The notes below the pieces were generated by a model. That model had not been told where the DNA came from. It saw only the letters and a program-made list of their open reading frames with translations, and searched no databases. This document shows, in pieces, positions 1 through 7,714 of a DNA stretch of 52,422 bases (positions within the stretch are counted from its first letter, which is position 1; every line of letters starts with the position of its first letter). The stretch is taken from NCBI GenBank assembly GCA_003648985.1, contig QMQQ01000001.1, positions 1-52,422 of the forward strand, in the 5' to 3' direction. The translations under genes were made by a program, and so were the position numbers. This DNA comes from Candidatus Woesearchaeota archaeon (lineage in GTDB: Archaea; Nanobdellota; Nanobdellia; Woesearchaeales; B54-G15).

Positions 1-1
1 A

Positions 2-319
2 GTTCTTTACAGAAGAATAAAAGAAATAAAAAACCCTTTTTTTATTTGTGTAGTTTTCGGCTCTTATGCTAAAGGAACGGCAAGAAAAGGTTCTGACTTA
101 GATTTGTGCGTGATTACAAATGAAGAAAAAGTTGATAGGGAAATTAACACAATCTTAGATATAACACCATTTGAGATCCACTATCTCAAGTTTAGTTCTG
201 ATGAATTTATTAAAATGCTAAAAACAACAGAGTTTAATGTAGGAAAAGGGATAGTTAAAAATAAGATTATATTAAAAGGAATAGAAGAGTTTTATGAGTT
301 GATAAACTATGTTAAGTAA
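2..319 (+). CDS. Nucleotidyltransferase-domain protein (MNT/antitoxin-like), 5' end cut by window edge
   Basis: Frame 2 is open from nt 2. The translation ...FICVVFGSYAKGTARKGSDLDLCVITNEEK... carries the GSxxxG...SDxD minimal nucleotidyltransferase signature. The listed ORF 104..319 is only its TTG-initiated tail. Confidence 0.7.
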   Translation, partial: VLYRRIKEIKNPFFICVVFGSYAKGTARKGSDLDLCVITNEEKVDREINTILDITPFEIHYLKFSSDEFIKMLKTTEFNVGKGIVKNKIILKGIEEFYELINYVK

Positions 320-494
320 AAAGAGGATAAAAGAAGCTGAAAGAAATTTTAAGAGCTACTTAACAGAAGGATTGATAAAGAAGAAGAAATGTCTTTCAAT
401 ATGGAATGCATGAAGAAATAAAAGAATCAAAAGCCAAAACTCTTTTAAAAGAGCAATAGAATTTTGCAATGAGATTATGAAACTATTAGAATAG
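309..494 (+). pseudogene. Decayed HEPN-like partner of the upstream nucleotidyltransferase (frameshifted or internally deleted remnant)
   Basis: An ATG at 309 overlaps the upstream stop and gives MLSKKRIKEAERNFKSYLTEGLIKKKK, a typical HEPN N-terminus, before a stop at 411. Other frames give ...EEIKESKAKTLLKEQ* and ...NSFKRAIEFCNEIMKLLE* (stop 492..494). The total span is far shorter than an intact HEPN of about 130 aa. Confidence 0.35.
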
Positions 495-509
495 GTTATT
501 AAATTTTAT

Positions 510-1406
510 CTATATAACGAAAAGTATTAAAAATGCGACGATAAGAAATATACAGGTTGCTATTGCGGTAAGGTTTGATGCGTATTCTGCATCCCAATTA
601 AATTCTATTGCTAGTGATGTGTTAATTAATGCTGGAGGTGTTGAAGCAAGTAAAAGAAAAATGGCTTTTTCAAGAATGCTAAATTGAGTGAACTGCAAAA
701 AGAAAAAAGCAATAATTGGTGAAAACAGAAATTTGAACAAAAGTCCTGTCAAAATAGTTCTATTTATTTTTTTGAATGATAAGGTTAGACCTATAAGGAA
801 TACAGCAAGATATACGGCTGTTTCTGAAAATATATACAAAGACTTCGGAATTTGAAATGCTTGCACAAAATGAAATCTTGAAAGCAGAAGGGCTATGGAA
901 AATGAGTATACTAGCGGGGTTTTTATGACTTTCAGAATGGCGAACTTCTTTGTGCTTAAAAAGCAGTTTGCAAGAAAAACACCCAATGAATAATGGATTA
1001 TTCCACCGATAACTGCAGTTAGAGAAGCTATTGCCAAACCTTTTGATCCAAAGAATAAATAAGCAAACGGAATTCCTATATAACCTGTATTTCCATAAAC
1101 AGAGCAGATGAAAAGAGATGCGCGGATTTTGTTTTCTGCATTATGTTTCTTTGATATTAGTATAAAAGTAAAAAGGCTAAGAATAGTAAAAAAGCATATA
1201 ATAAAAATCGCGTATCCTGTAAGTTTAATTTCTTTGTGTTTTAGTAAGGACAGAAATATAAACAACGGAAGTCCAAAATAGATTAGATATTTAGTAAGAA
1301 AAGTTTTCAGTTTATCTTTATGCGCTCTATTTGGGTAAATCCTTTCTAGCAGAATCCCGATCAGGATTGCTAAAGCAAGGAAGATAAGCGTTATTGTTTT
1401 ATCCAT
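510..1406 (-). CDS. Multi-pass membrane permease, auxin-efflux-carrier (AEC)-like
   Basis: About 10 hydrophobic segments and a GNTGYIGIPFAYLFFG motif resembling AEC-family permeases. The start is taken at the internal MDKTITL rather than the basic upstream extension. Confidence 0.5.
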   Translation of the reverse strand: MDKTITLIFLALAILIGILLERIYPNRAHKDKLKTFLTKYLIYFGLPLFIFLSLLKHKEIKLTGYAIFIICFFTILSLFTFILISKKHNAENKIRASLFICSVYGNTGYIGIPFAYLFFGSKGLAIASLTAVIGGIIHYSLGVFLANCFLSTKKFAILKVIKTPLVYSFSIALLLSRFHFVQAFQIPKSLYIFSETAVYLAVFLIGLTLSFKKINRTILTGLLFKFLFSPIIAFFFLQFTQFSILEKAIFLLLASTPPALINTSLAIEFNWDAEYASNLTAIATCIFLIVAFLILFVI

Positions 1407-1499
1407 TTGTTTCCTGTCTCTTTCTTTCTTTAAAAAATGTTGCTGTAGCGCTGAGAACAAATGAAAATCTTTTTATAAAAAGAACATACTCTGATTATT

Positions 1500-2174
1500 A
1501 TGTTTGAAAATATAGATTTAAAAGACGGTTTAGAAAAAATCATTGAGCTATTTGGAGTACGTTTGCCAGAACGTGTTAATAAGCTAAATGACGAGGACTT
1601 TGATGTTGTTCTTGAAGAAAAAGAGGGATTGCTTATTGCAAGATTAAATTATTTTGGATTTATTGGACGTGTCTTGAAACGCGGTAATAAAAACAGATAT
1701 GCTGTTCAAAGAATAGAAGGACCAAATCTTCGTTATCTTGTAGGTAAACGGGAGGGACTTTTAATTAACGAAGGAAATAGAACAAAAGAAGAAGCTGAAA
1801 AAACCAAGCTAATTCTTAAAAAAGGATTGTTTTATGGTTGTAAAGATTTTACAGATAAAATAAGAAAAGCAGTGGATCTATGCTATAGAGGATCACTTCA
1901 TCCACAATCACTTGTCTGGCTTGTTGATAGATTAGTGACGGGAAATGGCTTTTTTTCTTTGGAAAAGCAAGATACAGAATTAAAGCCCGCTTCCAGAGTA
2001 GAGATTAATTTTGGAGAAAAAGGTAGATATGAGTTTGAAATCTATGTATCTTACAATGCAGATCCTCCTTTTTATAAAGTTGAATATTCATTGAATGCTG
2101 GAACTGGCAGAGAACAGAAAAAAGAGTTTTTCTGGCCTTGGCGCTTTATTAAGCAGCAATCAGATGGATGTTGA
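1500..2174 (+). CDS. Hypothetical protein (224 aa)
   Basis: Long ORF with ordinary composition. No family recognised. Confidence 0.5.
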   Translation: MFENIDLKDGLEKIIELFGVRLPERVNKLNDEDFDVVLEEKEGLLIARLNYFGFIGRVLKRGNKNRYAVQRIEGPNLRYLVGKREGLLINEGNRTKEEAEKTKLILKKGLFYGCKDFTDKIRKAVDLCYRGSLHPQSLVWLVDRLVTGNGFFSLEKQDTELKPASRVEINFGEKGRYEFEIYVSYNADPPFYKVEYSLNAGTGREQKKEFFWPWRFIKQQSDGC

Positions 2175-2928
2175 TTTTTCTCTTTTTAAAATAGGTTCCT
2201 TTTATATTCCAGTGTTTTTCTTCTCTTTTGTTAATAGGATGTACTTCTGGTCCTCTTACAATAATGAAGAGTCCTTTTGTGAAATATTTCGATAATGCAT
2301 TTCGTATTATTTTTATTAGTTTTCTGCATTCTCTCTCTTTTAATCTTATTTCTCTTTTTCCAGATTCAAAAATCGCAGCAAGTTTTGGAAATTCATTTCT
2401 GAAAGATTCCATATCAGAAAGCATGGCCTCAGCAGAAACGATTCGTTTGATCCGCTTTGTTTTTTCTATTGCTTCTTTTATCGTTGAAATGATTTTAATT
2501 ATCAAATCCCTGTATTCATACAATTCTTTTACTCTTTCCCATGCATTAGACCGCTCTATGTCCTTTAATTCGTCCTGCAACAATTTAAAATCTAAAGAAT
2601 AGATTTTCTTTATCTCTTCAAGAACTGATATAAACCCGCGATGTTTTTCTGCTAAAAGAATTTTTTCTTCTTTCGAAATCGCTTTAGAAAGTTTTCTTGA
2701 TATTTTTCTTATTTTCAGTGAAATCCGCTCTATTTCCGAGAGTGCTTTTGATGTTGCAGATGAAAGTCTGATTTTTCCTTTTGTAAGTTTCTTAGAATAG
2801 CGAAGTATCAATTGGGGACTTATTGTTTTGTACTCCTCTATATATTTATCTGTCAAAATTAAAAGCGCTCTAAAATAATCTAAAAGTTCTGAGAAATATG
2901 CAACAATCTTATCGATCTTATTAATCAT
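2149..2928 (-). CDS. Hypothetical coiled-coil protein (259 aa)
   Basis: Long ORF rich in heptad-like K/E/L/I. It converges on the previous gene with a 26-nt overlap. The antisense ORFs 2095..2295 and 2228..2602 look spurious. Confidence 0.5.
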   Translation of the reverse strand: MINKIDKIVAYFSELLDYFRALLILTDKYIEEYKTISPQLILRYSKKLTKGKIRLSSATSKALSEIERISLKIRKISRKLSKAISKEEKILLAEKHRGFISVLEEIKKIYSLDFKLLQDELKDIERSNAWERVKELYEYRDLIIKIISTIKEAIEKTKRIKRIVSAEAMLSDMESFRNEFPKLAAIFESGKREIRLKERECRKLIKIIRNALSKYFTKGLFIIVRGPEVHPINKREEKHWNIKGTYFKKRKINIHLIAA

Positions 2929-2988
2929 TTTTTTGCGTAGAAGTAGAAAATCATAAACATTTTTAAATGTTCTTCAAATAGTTGCACT

Positions 2989-4341
2989 ATGGTGCTTGAT
3001 AAACTAGGTGAGGGGCTAAAAGCAACGCTTAGAAAGATCGCAAAGGCATTTAAAGTAGATGATACTCTTATAAATGAACTCGTGCGCGACATTCAGAGAG
3101 CACTGATTCAAGCAGATGCAAATGTTAAGCTGGTTTTTGAATTAAGCGAAAAGATAAAGCAGAGAGCTTTGAAAGAAAAACCTCCTACTGGTTTAACAAA
3201 AAAAGAACATTTGATAAACATCGTATATGAAGAATTAACAAATTTTCTTGGAAAAGAGTCTAAAGAGATCAAGATTACTGAAAAGCCTTTTAAGATTATG
3301 CTGGTTGGTCTGTTTGGTAGCGGTAAAACGACGACTATTGCAAAGCTGTCTAAGTACTTTATGAAAAGAGGCTACAAAGTCGCAACTCTTGGCTTAGATG
3401 TGCATAGACCTGCAGCACCAGAGCAATTAGAACAGCTGAGCAAACAGATTAATGTAAAATGCTTTATTGATAAAGAAGAGAAAGACCCAATAAAGATATA
3501 TAAAAAATTTGAAAATGAGCTTAACCAGTTTGATATTGTGATTATAGACACTGCAGGGAGAGATAAGCTTTCTGCTGATTTAATGAAAGAAATAAAAAAT
3601 CTTTATGATGTTGTAAAGCCGCATGAGGTTTTTCTTGTTATTGCTGCTGATATTGGCCAAGCAGCTTATGAACAGGCAAAAGCATTTCACGAACAAACTC
3701 CTTTGACTGGCGTCATTGTAACGAGGCTTGATGGCACTGCAAAAGGTGGCGGTGCTTTAACTGCTTGTGCAGCTACAGGAGCAAAGATTGTTTTCATTGG
3801 AACTGGAGAAAAAATCGATGATATTGAATTATTTAATCCAAAAGGTTTTGTTGGTAGATTGCTTGGAATGGGCGACATTGAAGCATTGCTTGAAAAGGCT
3901 AAGGAAGCAATAAGCGAAGAAAAAGCAAAAAATCTCGGCGAAAAGTTGTTGAGCGGAGAATTCAGTTTAAAGGATTTGTATGACCAAATGATGGCTCTAA
4001 GAAAGATGGGTCCATTAACAAAGCTTATTCAAATGATTCCTGGTTTCGGGCAATTACAGTTGCCAAAAGAACTGATTCAAGTGCAGGAAGAAAAACTGAA
4101 GAAATGGAAGATCGCAATGGATAGTATGACAAAAGAGGAACTCGAGAATCCTGAGGTTATCGATCAAAGCAGAATTAAGAGGATAAGCAGAGGAAGCGGG
4201 ATTGATGAGAAAGATATAAGAGAATTGATTAAACATTACAAACTTGCCAAAAAATTGATGAAACGATTCAAAGGTAAAGAAGGAATGAAAAAATTAATGA
4301 AGCGCTTTGGTGGAAAACTTCCTCCTGGATTTGGATTTTAG
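2989..4341 (+). CDS. srp54: Signal recognition particle protein SRP54
   Basis: N domain MVLDKLGEGL..., SRP GTPase motifs GLFGSGKTTT, DTAGR and TRLDG, and a Met-rich M domain with a basic tail. Confidence 0.95.
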   Translation: MVLDKLGEGLKATLRKIAKAFKVDDTLINELVRDIQRALIQADANVKLVFELSEKIKQRALKEKPPTGLTKKEHLINIVYEELTNFLGKESKEIKITEKPFKIMLVGLFGSGKTTTIAKLSKYFMKRGYKVATLGLDVHRPAAPEQLEQLSKQINVKCFIDKEEKDPIKIYKKFENELNQFDIVIIDTAGRDKLSADLMKEIKNLYDVVKPHEVFLVIAADIGQAAYEQAKAFHEQTPLTGVIVTRLDGTAKGGGALTACAATGAKIVFIGTGEKIDDIELFNPKGFVGRLLGMGDIEALLEKAKEAISEEKAKNLGEKLLSGEFSLKDLYDQMMALRKMGPLTKLIQMIPGFGQLQLPKELIQVQEEKLKKWKIAMDSMTKEELENPEVIDQSRIKRISRGSGIDEKDIRELIKHYKLAKKLMKRFKGKEGMKKLMKRFGGKLPPGFGF

Positions 4342-4348
4342 AATTTCT

Positions 4349-5107
4349 CTATTTCTCTTTGAGAATTATTATGTTTCCCCTTCCTTTCTTGATTTTTTGA
4401 ACAAGTCCTTTATGCTCCATTTCAGTTATTAGCAAACTCGCTTTTGCTTCAGAAAGAAAAAGATGTTGCCTTATTGTTTTTTGTGTTGTCCTTCCACCTT
4501 CTTTTTTAATAAACTCAATCACTTTTTCTATGTCGGTTTTTTCGAATGGTTTTCTCTTCTTTTTCTTTTTGTAAAAAATGATAAGCGCTACCAATAGGAC
4601 GCATGCAACACATGCTATTACGAGAACGATTGGAATGATGTTTGTTTTCTTTCCAATGATTTCGCTGACGTCTATTTCTTCTTCAAGGATTTCTTCTTCT
4701 GGGATGAGATTGGGAAAAAGAATAAGATCGATATTGTAGGTTCCTGAATATTCAATTTCAATCGTTTCAATGGTATACGCTTCAGTTATATTGTATGATA
4801 CAACCTTTGCTTCAATTTTATACGAACCTAAAGGAAGCTCAAATGAATATTCTCCGTTAACTGCAACAATGGTTTGCTTTGGCGTTGAATTTACTGTAAC
4901 TATCGCATTCTTTACTTTGTTCAGCTCGAGATCATAAATAGTTCCTTTTATAATAGCTGTGCTTGGTTCGTTTTGTTGAGCGTGGCTCAATAATGGCATG
5001 CATCCAACAAGAATTAAAATAAAAGCAAAAATAAGCATGAACTTCCATTTGTTAAAATTTAAGTTTCCTAAAGCTTTACGCTGGAAAATTTTAATGATTT
5101 GGATCAC
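4349..5107 (-). CDS. Membrane-anchored protein: exported CarboxypepD_reg-like beta domain, TM helix, cytoplasmic winged-helix DNA-binding domain
   Basis: Signal sequence with LVGC. The repeat-like beta region GTIYDLELNKVKNAIVTV...GEYSFELPLGSYKIEA is followed by a TM segment, KKKKKRK, and a C-terminal wHTH (GRTTQKTIRQHLFLSEAKASLLITEMEHKGLV). The start may be the internal M at 5038. Confidence 0.6.
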   Translation of the reverse strand: MIQIIKIFQRKALGNLNFNKWKFMLIFAFILILVGCMPLLSHAQQNEPSTAIIKGTIYDLELNKVKNAIVTVNSTPKQTIVAVNGEYSFELPLGSYKIEAKVVSYNITEAYTIETIEIEYSGTYNIDLILFPNLIPEEEILEEEIDVSEIIGKKTNIIPIVLVIACVACVLLVALIIFYKKKKKRKPFEKTDIEKVIEFIKKEGGRTTQKTIRQHLFLSEAKASLLITEMEHKGLVQKIKKGRGNIIILKEK

Positions 5108-5179
5108 TTTTCAAAAGCATTGGAAAGTATATTTATAAATAAATCGTTCTATTTTGGCTTTAAGAAAAAGGTGAATAAA

Positions 5180-6217
5180 ATGAAAAAAATATTTGCTGTG
5201 TTTGTTGGGCTTTTGTTTTTGTTTAGTGTGATAAGTGTAGCAGAGGGTAAGAATGTTGTTGAAGGTAATAAAGGAGTGGATTCTGCACAATCAGCAGTAA
5301 ATGCTGGCGCAGCAGAAGAGTCACCATCACCAGAAACTCCTGAGAAACTTCCTGCAAAGGTTAAAATAAAGAAGAGAAAAATTCCAAAGAAGCAGTTTGA
5401 GGAAGCGAGGGAGAGATTTTTAGCTGCAAGAGAAAGATATTTGCAGGCCAGATTAAAATACAGACAAGCCTTGAAGAAGTTTAGGGATTCAAAAAAGGAA
5501 TTGGCTGCATGCAACGATACCGAAAGTGAGAAATGCAAACAGTTGAGAGAACAAATAAGAGAAGATGCTAAAACTTTCTTAAATAATATTATTGATAAAC
5601 TTGTTGCAACATTAGAAAAGCTGAAAGCAAGAGTCGAAGGAAGTGAATTCATAAGTGAAGAAAGAGCAGCAGAAATTTTAGAAGACATAGAAGAAAAGCT
5701 ATCGGAGCTTGAAACATTAAAATCAGAATTAGAAGGAGCGACTACCAAAGAAGAAATCATTTCTGTTGCAAAGAAGCTAAGAGAGCTATGGAAGGAACTT
5801 AAGCCTAGATTAAAGTGGAATGTCGGAAGATTGATTCATGGACGAATAAGAGCAATTTTAGTTCGCATGGAACGTCTTAAAACAAGGTTTGAAAGAATAA
5901 TAGAACGATTAAAGGAAAAAGGTTATGATTTAAGTGAAGCTGAAGATTTAGTGGAACAATTTGATGAAAAGTTAAATGAAGCAGAAGAATTATATGAGAA
6001 AGTAAAAGAAAAATACGCAGAAGCAGTTGCTCCTGGAGAGTTCGGTGAAATTGCTAAGGAGATAAATGGATACATCAAAGAGATAAACAAAAAACTGAAA
6101 GAAGCTAGGACATTAGTAAGAGATATAATCAAGAAAATAAAGGAGAAGAAAGAAGGTAAAGAGGAGTTAGAAAAAGAGACTGAAGAAGAGGAAGCTGAGG
6201 AAGAAGAGGAACATTAA
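5180..6217 (+). CDS. Secreted K/E/R-rich coiled-coil protein
   Basis: The start is placed at MKKIFAVFVGLLFLFSV (signal-like), preceded by a GGTGA RBS. A long charged helical region follows, ending in an acidic tail. Confidence 0.55.
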   Translation: MKKIFAVFVGLLFLFSVISVAEGKNVVEGNKGVDSAQSAVNAGAAEESPSPETPEKLPAKVKIKKRKIPKKQFEEARERFLAARERYLQARLKYRQALKKFRDSKKELAACNDTESEKCKQLREQIREDAKTFLNNIIDKLVATLEKLKARVEGSEFISEERAAEILEDIEEKLSELETLKSELEGATTKEEIISVAKKLRELWKELKPRLKWNVGRLIHGRIRAILVRMERLKTRFERIIERLKEKGYDLSEAEDLVEQFDEKLNEAEELYEKVKEKYAEAVAPGEFGEIAKEINGYIKEINKKLKEARTLVRDIIKKIKEKKEGKEELEKETEEEEAEEEEEH

Positions 6218-6250
6218 TTTTATATATTTTGAATCTTCAGAGGTTTAAAA

Positions 6251-6478
6251 ATGAAAAGGATCATGTTTGTAAGTGTATTGCTTTTAGTAATCTTGGGGCT
6301 GCTTGTAGCAGGATGTAAAGTGAAGGAAGAAAAAGTTGAAGAAAAACCTACCCCGACAGTGGACACTGAAGTTGGAGAAGTTGAGAGCAGCGTCGAGAAT
6401 GTTTCCCAAGTAGAAGAAGAGATTAATGTAAGTGAGTTAGAAGAGTTGGACGAGGCACTTGCTGAAATCGAATGGTAG
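6251..6478 (+). CDS. Small acidic putative lipoprotein (75 aa)
   Basis: Signal peptide MKRIMFVSVLLLVILGLLVAGC ending in the lipobox-like LVAG/C, followed by an E/V-rich region. Confidence 0.45.
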   Translation: MKRIMFVSVLLLVILGLLVAGCKVKEEKVEEKPTPTVDTEVGEVESSVENVSQVEEEINVSELEELDEALAEIEW

Positions 6479-6485
6479 TCTTAGC

Positions 6486-6584
6486 TTAACTTTTTTTGTT
6501 TTCTTTTCTGCATCTCTTGCAAAGCCCTGTTAAGTTGATATAGGCTTTTCTTCCGCATAAAATACATCTACCTACTTTTTTCAT
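6486..6584 (-). CDS. 32-aa CxxC...CxxC zinc-ribbon miniprotein (not in ORF track)
   Basis: The reverse strand reads ATG AAA AAA GTA GGT AGA TGT ATT TTA TGC ... = MKKVGRCILCGRKAYINLTGLCKRCRKENKKS*. It has two CxxC knuckles and fills the otherwise empty gap 6479..6611. Confidence 0.4.
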   Translation of the reverse strand: MKKVGRCILCGRKAYINLTGLCKRCRKENKKS

Positions 6585-6611
6585 CTGAAGATTTTAAAGA
6601 TTTAGAGATAT

Positions 6612-7154
6612 TTAAGGATTTTTCTTTTTTAGTTTATAATATCTCTTAAAATATTTAATCACCTTTGGAATCGCAATTTTAAACCAATAAGTGTATCTCT
6701 TTTCATTACGCTTGATATCTTTTGTAAGTGTTGTAAGATCAACCCATTTGAAATCTTCTACTTCTTTTGGATTCGGATGTACTTTTCCATTATAGATTCC
6801 AAAGAAAACATGGTCCAATTCATGCTCAATCATATTATTGCCAAGATTTGCTTTATAAGTAAAAAAGAAAATTTCTTTTAAAGCACAATCAAAACCCATT
6901 TCTTCCTTTAGCCTTCGATGTGCTGCATCTTCTAACTTCTCGTTTGGTTTTGGATGGCTACAACATGCATTTGTCCATAATCCTCCGGAATGATACTTGT
7001 TTCTCGCTCTTTTTTGAATAAGCATTTCTCCTTTTGAATTGAAAATGAAAATTGAGAAAGCTCTGTGCAGTTTTCCTTGTTTGTGTGCTTTAATTTTTTC
7101 TTCAGTTCCTAATTCCTTGTCTTCTTTGTTTACTAAAACAACCACTCCACACAT
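6612..7154 (-). CDS. idi: Isopentenyl-diphosphate delta-isomerase, type 1 (Nudix-fold)
   Basis: HRAFSIFIFNSKGEMLIQKRA..K...GLWTNACCSHP...RRLKEEMG matches the type-1 IDI core (Cys in the TNxCCxHP motif, Nudix-like RRLxEExG). Confidence 0.85.
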   Translation of the reverse strand: MCGVVVLVNKEDKELGTEEKIKAHKQGKLHRAFSIFIFNSKGEMLIQKRARNKYHSGGLWTNACCSHPKPNEKLEDAAHRRLKEEMGFDCALKEIFFFTYKANLGNNMIEHELDHVFFGIYNGKVHPNPKEVEDFKWVDLTTLTKDIKRNEKRYTYWFKIAIPKVIKYFKRYYKLKKKNP

Positions 7155-7162
7155 TTTTTACA

Positions 7163-7714
7163 TTAATACTCAATACCTTTCTTTGCTTTAATCACTTTGG
7201 GTTGCTTTAATGTTACGAATTCTGTTGCATAGTCGGCTCTATCGATGAATTCTTTAGGAGCATATCTTCCTGTCATATAGACTATTATTCTCGCAGGAAT
7301 TTCTTTATCGATTCTTTCAATAACTTTTTTTGGATCAAGTAAGCCAATAGCTGCAGCAAGGTTTATTTCATCGAGGATTAAAAGATTTGGTTTCTTCTTC
7401 TTTGCAATCTTTATAGCAAAATCAAATCCTTCTTGGGCTAGCTTTTTATCCCTCTTGCTTGGATTTTTCAAATTAACCCATCCTTTTCTTCCGAATTGAT
7501 AAATTTCATAGTATGGCTTCAATCGATCTTTAATAGTATATTCACCAACATCTTTTCTGCCTTTCATAAATTGAATAATTATCACTTTTTGCTTGTGAGC
7601 TACTTGCCTTAGTGCAACACCCAAAGCAGAAGTTGTTTTTCCTGCACCTACGCCTGTCCAGATATAGATTAAAGGTTTTTTTGGTTTCGGGTTTTTCATT
7701 TTTAATGCGGACAA
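7163..7714 (-). CDS. cobA: Cob(I)yrinic acid a,c-diamide / corrinoid adenosyltransferase (CobA/CobO/BtuR type)
   Basis: The P-loop TGVGAGKTTSALGVALR followed by VIIIQFMKG...GEY is typical of CobA-type ATP:corrinoid adenosyltransferases. It overlaps or abuts the RNR stop codon. Confidence 0.8.
   Translation of the reverse strand: MSALKMKNPKPKKPLIYIWTGVGAGKTTSALGVALRQVAHKQKVIIIQFMKGRKDVGEYTIKDRLKPYYEIYQFGRKGWVNLKNPSKRDKKLAQEGFDFAIKIAKKKKPNLLILDEINLAAAIGLLDPKKVIERIDKEIPARIIVYMTGRYAPKEFIDRADYATEFVTLKQPKVIKAKKGIEY

Noticed and set aside
5149-6132. Long antisense ORFs opposite K/E-rich genes (5149..5760, 5923..6132, 30638..31039, 49268..49501, 40515..40961, 15628..16212 and similar)
   Set aside because: They are Ser/Phe/Leu-rich mirror frames of GAA/AAG-rich coding sequence. 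This is a well-known artefact of purine-rich sense strands.
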